From contig OZ025678.1 in assembly GCA_964019335.1 (NCBI GenBank), positions 496,001-560,000 on the forward strand: DNA of 64,000 bases. Reading direction: 5' to 3'. A model generated the notes under the pieces. It had not been told where the DNA came from and searched no databases. It saw only the letters and a program-made list of their open reading frames with translations. Below are positions 59,570 through 64,000 of the stretch, piece after piece; position 1 is the first letter of the stretch, and each line of letters begins with the position of its first letter. The stretch is from Diplonema japonicum (lineage: Eukaryota; Protista; Euglenozoa: Diplonemea). The position numbers and the translations under genes were made by a program.

Positions 59570-61411
59570 GCATTTTTTTTTTACCCCCTCTTTTTTTTTT
59601 TGTTCAGTTTTAACAGTTATTTTAGCCTAGGCAACGGTCTATTCAACTTTTTCATCCATACCATCTTTTTTTTGTTCTTCTCCCTTCTAGTGGGTGTGCC
59701 TTAAGATAACTCGTATCGGCACGCCTTCGAGCGAAGCAAAGCAAGCAAAGCACCCATTTCAGGGTATTATTGTTGTTGTTTTTTTTTTTCTTTTCTTGTT
59801 TTGAATTTTGTCGGGAGGGGGAAGCAACCAAGTGGGGAGCGAGGAAGAAAAGATAGATATATCAATATATTATTTCTTTTTTTCCAACACCCTGGCAGAA
59901 CATATCCTTTTTTTTTTCCCCTCAAGGTCTGCCTTTCAAGAGGACCGCAGCATTGAAGCGGACCCGGCCCCCGGGGCTTGTCCTCCCCAAGCGCAGCCAT
60001 CAGTTTTTTCTTCCCCTCCCACCCTGCCTATTGTTGATTGTTGATTGTCCTTGTACCAAATGTTGCGCCCGCCGGTTGCACAACAACGCCCCCCCCCCCC
60101 TTTTTTTATCTGTGAAGTCTTTTTTTTTTTCTCTTATATTCTTTTTTTTTCTTTTTTTTTATTTGCCTCTGTGCATATTGTCGTGTCGAAGAAAAAAAAA
60201 GAAGAAAATAAAAAAAAAGGAAAGAAAAAAAAAAGCTTGTATAAGAAGACTAAAACTTCCTTCCCTATCCGGGCCCCAATAGGTGGCCACTGTTTTCGCT
60301 TTGGACACATCTGGTCTTTTTGGTCCACTTGCAGGGTGGGAGTGGATACTTAACACTTGAATGCTTAAAACGTCTGCTGGGCAGGATCCAAAACTCCACC
60401 GGGTGCACTATGCAGTGACGGAAGGAAAGTTTTTTCTCTCTTCTTGTTTCTGGAGATAGCGCGTCGTATATACCTTTCTTTTCAATATCCTCTTCTCCTT
60501 CTCCTCTTTGTTTTCCCCCCCTTTTTTTTCTTTTAGTGCGTCGGGGGGGGGGGGGTGTTCAATTGGCAACAACTAGCGAAACAGAATATTAAAATAAAGA
60601 AAGTGTTGTTTCCAGTTTTTTCGTTTTACGTATTTTTTCTTTTTCTTTTTTTTTTCCCGTTTTTTTTTTTCGGAAAACAAAAAAGTTATCTCTTGTCCAG
60701 CAACCGTTTGTTTGGGCATGCCTGTTTAAAAAAAAAGGGAGTGGGAGGGGGGGGGGGGGGGGGGGGATCTCATTGGAACAGGAGAACTTCCTGCGCTTTT
60801 CCTGTAGTCTGAAAAGCGAGAAAAAAAAGAAAAAAAAAACCAAAGACCTTATTTACAACCTACTCACGCTGTACTGATACATGGGGCGTTGCTTTTGGTC
60901 CTTCAAAAAATTTAGTTGAAAAATGTGCACAGATACAACTGACCAGAAATTGACTTTCTAAGAGCCTATTCCAAAGCGCGAATTTCTTTTGACTCAAACT
61001 ACTGAATAGCGCAATGTGGGAGGTAAATACTCGGTCGCAAAAAAAAAAAAAAAAAAAAAAAGGGAAGAAAAAAATAGAGAGTTGGAGAAAACGTCAGATA
61101 AGAAATATTGTCTTATTGGTCCCAATAATATGGAGGTGGGGGGAAGGAAGGAAGTAAGAAAAAAGATTTTTTTTTTTAAAAAGAAAAAAAGAAAGAAAAA
61201 AAAGATCGAACGATTATTATAAACCAGTCGAATCCATCCCCATAACTGCCTCCTTTTCCTGTCCCACTTTTTTTTTCTTCTTCTTTTCTTTTATTTTTTT
61301 CCGCCTATGTTTTTGTTTCATTGTCAGTTCCTTTCGCTTTTATGCTGTATTTTAAACAGTCCTATTTTCCCTTACTTCCTTACCTACCTACAGGAGCCTT
61401 GCTACCACAGT

Positions 61412-64000
61412 ATGTACAGCACGTCTGCCGAGACGGCGGTGCAGCAGATCCAGGCGAATGAACCTTCAAGGAAGGAAATGTCATTGTCGTCAAGAGGGAT
61501 CGACGACCTGCAGTGTACAAGCATTGCAGAGGCACTCCAAGCCAACGACACTTTGACTGTATTGGATTTACAGAGCAACAGGATCACAGCAGCAGGCGGG
61601 GAAGCACTGAGCCAAGCCCTCAGGTGCAACACATCTCTTGTAGAGCTCAACTTGGAGAACAACCAACTACAGGACGCAGGTGCCGAGCGGCTGAACGAAG
61701 TCCTCAACGAGAACCACTCCATCAAAGCCCTGCACCTCGAGATGAACCAGGTCAGCCCCAAGCTCTTGGAGCAAATCAACAACAAATGCTTGCTGAACAC
61801 GCAGCCCCTTCCCCTCAAGCAGGCCATGCCGCAGCTTGTAGCCAACGACCCTTCCATCACAAGCCTCGACCTCTCTGCCTACACCAACGCGAACCTCTCG
61901 TGCTACATGCTAGTCGACGTCTTGAAGCACAACACAGTCCTGAAGCATCTGAACCTCGCAAACATCGGGATCCAAGACAAGGGTGCTGAGATCCTCGCAG
62001 GCCTCCTGCGCAAGTCCTCTGCCCTCGAGTCACTTGACATCTCAAACAATGGGATCGGCCTTCACGGTGTGCGTGACCTGGGCGACGCACTGAAGAGCTG
62101 CACGTCACTCGTGTGCCTTCTGCTGAGAAGGAACAAAATCGGCGACGACGCCACCAGGATCTTCGTCGAGACGTTGAAAGTGAACGACAGGATCACGGAG
62201 CTCGACCTTTCGGACAATGCAGTGTCGCAGGGCGCGTTGGAGCTCTTGGCTAAGGCACTGGAGCTGAACTCCCAGCCCCTCGAGCTCAAGAAGGGGCTGC
62301 AGCGCACACAGTGCAACGATCCTTCTCTGACCACCATAGACTTCTCCTGCATCACAAACATGACAATGTCGGCGGCCCTTTTGAGCAGCGCCTTGAGGGT
62401 CAACACGACAGTGAGGGTTCTAAACTTGTCGAACAACCACATCAAGAATGAAGGGGCATTTGACCTAGCGAACGTGCTGAAAGTGAACAGGACGATCACA
62501 GAGCTGCAGATCCCAAACAACAACATCACTGCGGATGGCGGGAAGGCCATTGCCGTTGCGGTGGTCGACAACCAGAAGCTCATCGACCTCAACATGGCGA
62601 ACAATGAAATCGGTGATGGGGGTGCCTTGCAGTTCATCGAAGCCCTCAACACCAACAACTCCCTCACTGCCATCAACCTAGAGCTCAACGACGTCACTTC
62701 GCCGTTGATGAAGGCGGTCGATGACGCCCTCTTCATCAACCTGCAGCCACACGCTTTGAAGGTGGTGCTGCCCAAGCTAGAGGCAAACGACTCTCGCTTC
62801 GATGTGCTTGATTTCTCGAAGTACGACGGCGAACGGTACCACAACGACAACAGCATGACGGTGCTGTGCAAGTCGCTGATGGTGAACAACAAGGTGCAGG
62901 TTATGAACCTTGCGGACAACAACATCGGCGACATCGGGATGATCTGCCTAGCTGATGTCCTGAAGAGCAACAGGTCCATCCACACGTTGGTACTGTCCGA
63001 CAACTCCATCAACGACAGAGGGGTCAAGGCACTGGCGGAGAGCCTCAAGACAAACAGGACGCTTACGAAGCTGGATGTGAAGGGGAACAACATCTCGGAG
63101 TCTGGTGGGGCAGCTCTCTTCGATGTGCTGAAAGTAAACCACGCGCTGCTCTCCGTACAGACCAAGCTGAACAAGATACCACAGAGCTTGCAGAATGAAA
63201 TTCAAATCGCATGTGCCATCAACACACAGCCTGTATCCTTGAAGCAGATGACTCCCAGGCTGCACACGAACGACCCCACGCTGATGGATCTAGACGTGTC
63301 ACATTTCGACGGGCAGAAGTACTATGACGACACAGCCGTGATCATTCTATGCCACGAGATGAAAGGCAACGAGACGATCACATCCATCAACCTGTCCAAC
63401 AATACCTTCGAGACGGATGGTGCAAAGGCACTTGCCGAGTTCCTCGTCCAAAACAGTACTCTCACAGAGCTTGCGGTGGCCAACAATACTATTGGTGACC
63501 TTGGCTGCCAGTACCTTGCGGCTGCCCTTCGCCAGAACACAACCCTGGCTAGATTAAATCTGGACAACAATAACATCGGGGACAGAGGCATCGAGGCGCT
63601 CATCGAAGCCTTGCAGGTGAACGATACGCTTGTGTCACTGAACGTCGACCGGAACGACATTGCCAAAACGCTGTTCCACCAGCTGGACGACGCCATCGCA
63701 CTGAACAGCCAGCCGCTTCCACTGAAGCGAATGCTCCCGAAGATCTACGCGAATGTGGACACGATGACATGCATCGACATCTCGGGTGGGAATGACGGCA
63801 AGCTCTATGGCGACGTGTCGTGCAGGATCCTCGCGATCGCCTTAAGGGACAACAACACCGTGAGGGAGTGCAATGTGACCGACAACGAAGTGACAAGCAT
63901 CGGTGTGGGCTACCTAGCTGATATGCTGGAGGAGAACCAGACCCTAGAGGTGCTGCATTTGGACAACAACAAGTTCGACGACAAGGGCGTTAAGGCATTG
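61412..64000 (+). CDS. Long RI-like (NLRC3/CARMIL-type) leucine-rich repeat protein, 3' partial
   Basis: Frame from ATG 61412 appears open to the window end, so it is absent from the ORF track. 28-residue repeats LxxNxTLxxLxLxxNxIGDxGAxxLA. Confidence 0.9.
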   Translation, partial: MYSTSAETAVQQIQANEPSRKEMSLSSRGIDDLQCTSIAEALQANDTLTVLDLQSNRITAAGGEALSQALRCNTSLVELNLENNQLQDAGAERLNEVLNENHSIKALHLEMNQVSPKLLEQINNKCLLNTQPLPLKQAMPQLVANDPSITSLDLSAYTNANLSCYMLVDVLKHNTVLKHLNLANIGIQDKGAEILAGLLRKSSALESLDISNNGIGLHGVRDLGDALKSCTSLVCLLLRRNKIGDDATRIFVETLKVNDRITELDLSDNAVSQGALELLAKALELNSQPLELKKGLQRTQCNDPSLTTIDFSCITNMTMSAALLSSALRVNTTVRVLNLSNNHIKNEGAFDLANVLKVNRTITELQIPNNNITADGGKAIAVAVVDNQKLIDLNMANNEIGDGGALQFIEALNTNNSLTAINLELNDVTSPLMKAVDDALFINLQPHALKVVLPKLEANDSRFDVLDFSKYDGERYHNDNSMTVLCKSLMVNNKVQVMNLADNNIGDIGMICLADVLKSNRSIHTLVLSDNSINDRGVKALAESLKTNRTLTKLDVKGNNISESGGAALFDVLKVNHALLSVQTKLNKIPQSLQNEIQIACAINTQPVSLKQMTPRLHTNDPTLMDLDVSHFDGQKYYDDTAVIILCHEMKGNETITSINLSNNTFETDGAKALAEFLVQNSTLTELAVANNTIGDLGCQYLAAALRQNTTLARLNLDNNNIGDRGIEALIEALQVNDTLVSLNVDRNDIAKTLFHQLDDAIALNSQPLPLKRMLPKIYANVDTMTCIDISGGNDGKLYGDVSCRILAIALRDNNTVRECNVTDNEVTSIGVGYLADMLEENQTLEVLHLDNNKFDDKGVKAL

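Noticed and set aside
444-61222. Many short F/K-rich ORFs in intergenic DNA
   Set aside because: They are translations of poly-T/poly-A runs, and homopolymer lengths may also be sequencing artefacts.
2090-63896. Long minus-strand ORFs (e.g. 2090-2881, 24049-24966, 57864-58775, 62062-63174)
   Set aside because: Antisense shadows of + strand genes with no independent motifs.

Overview
Gene-dense eukaryotic protist DNA. A euglenozoan, probably a diplonemid, is inferred from three things: all ~24 protein genes lie on the + strand, a spliced-leader (SL)-like 16-mer is present, and there are many tiny GT-AG introns. The intergenic DNA is rich in homopolymers. Host genes include a stefin-type cystatin, an ArfGAP with RanBP2 zinc fingers, an LRR multi-TM receptor, a RasGAP, condensin II CAP-D3, a dual-specificity phosphatase, an MFS transporter, a DM14/EF-hand-like repeat protein, OFD1, a PTS1-bearing enoyl-CoA hydratase, Maf1, CSE1/exportin-2, GNPTAB, a TMEM181-like/lipase fusion and a long RI-type LRR protein that runs off the window. 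I reconstructed 25 introns by hand (32-83 nt, 18 with GTATG donors), and they are strongly skewed to gene 3' ends. A transposon island at ~19.6-26.4 kb holds an inverted-repeat element, a deleted gag/tyrosine-recombinase element with 48-nt direct repeats, and a decayed APE-RT non-LTR retrotransposon. The most interesting system is that LINE family. The long copy begins with an SL 3'-end relic and carries a 2A/StopGo-like motif before its endonuclease. A related 3' end is fused to a truncated 5S rRNA at 39.35-39.75 kb, and the copies seem to end without poly(A), with ~7-bp T-rich target duplications. All calls come from manual reading; no searches were run.
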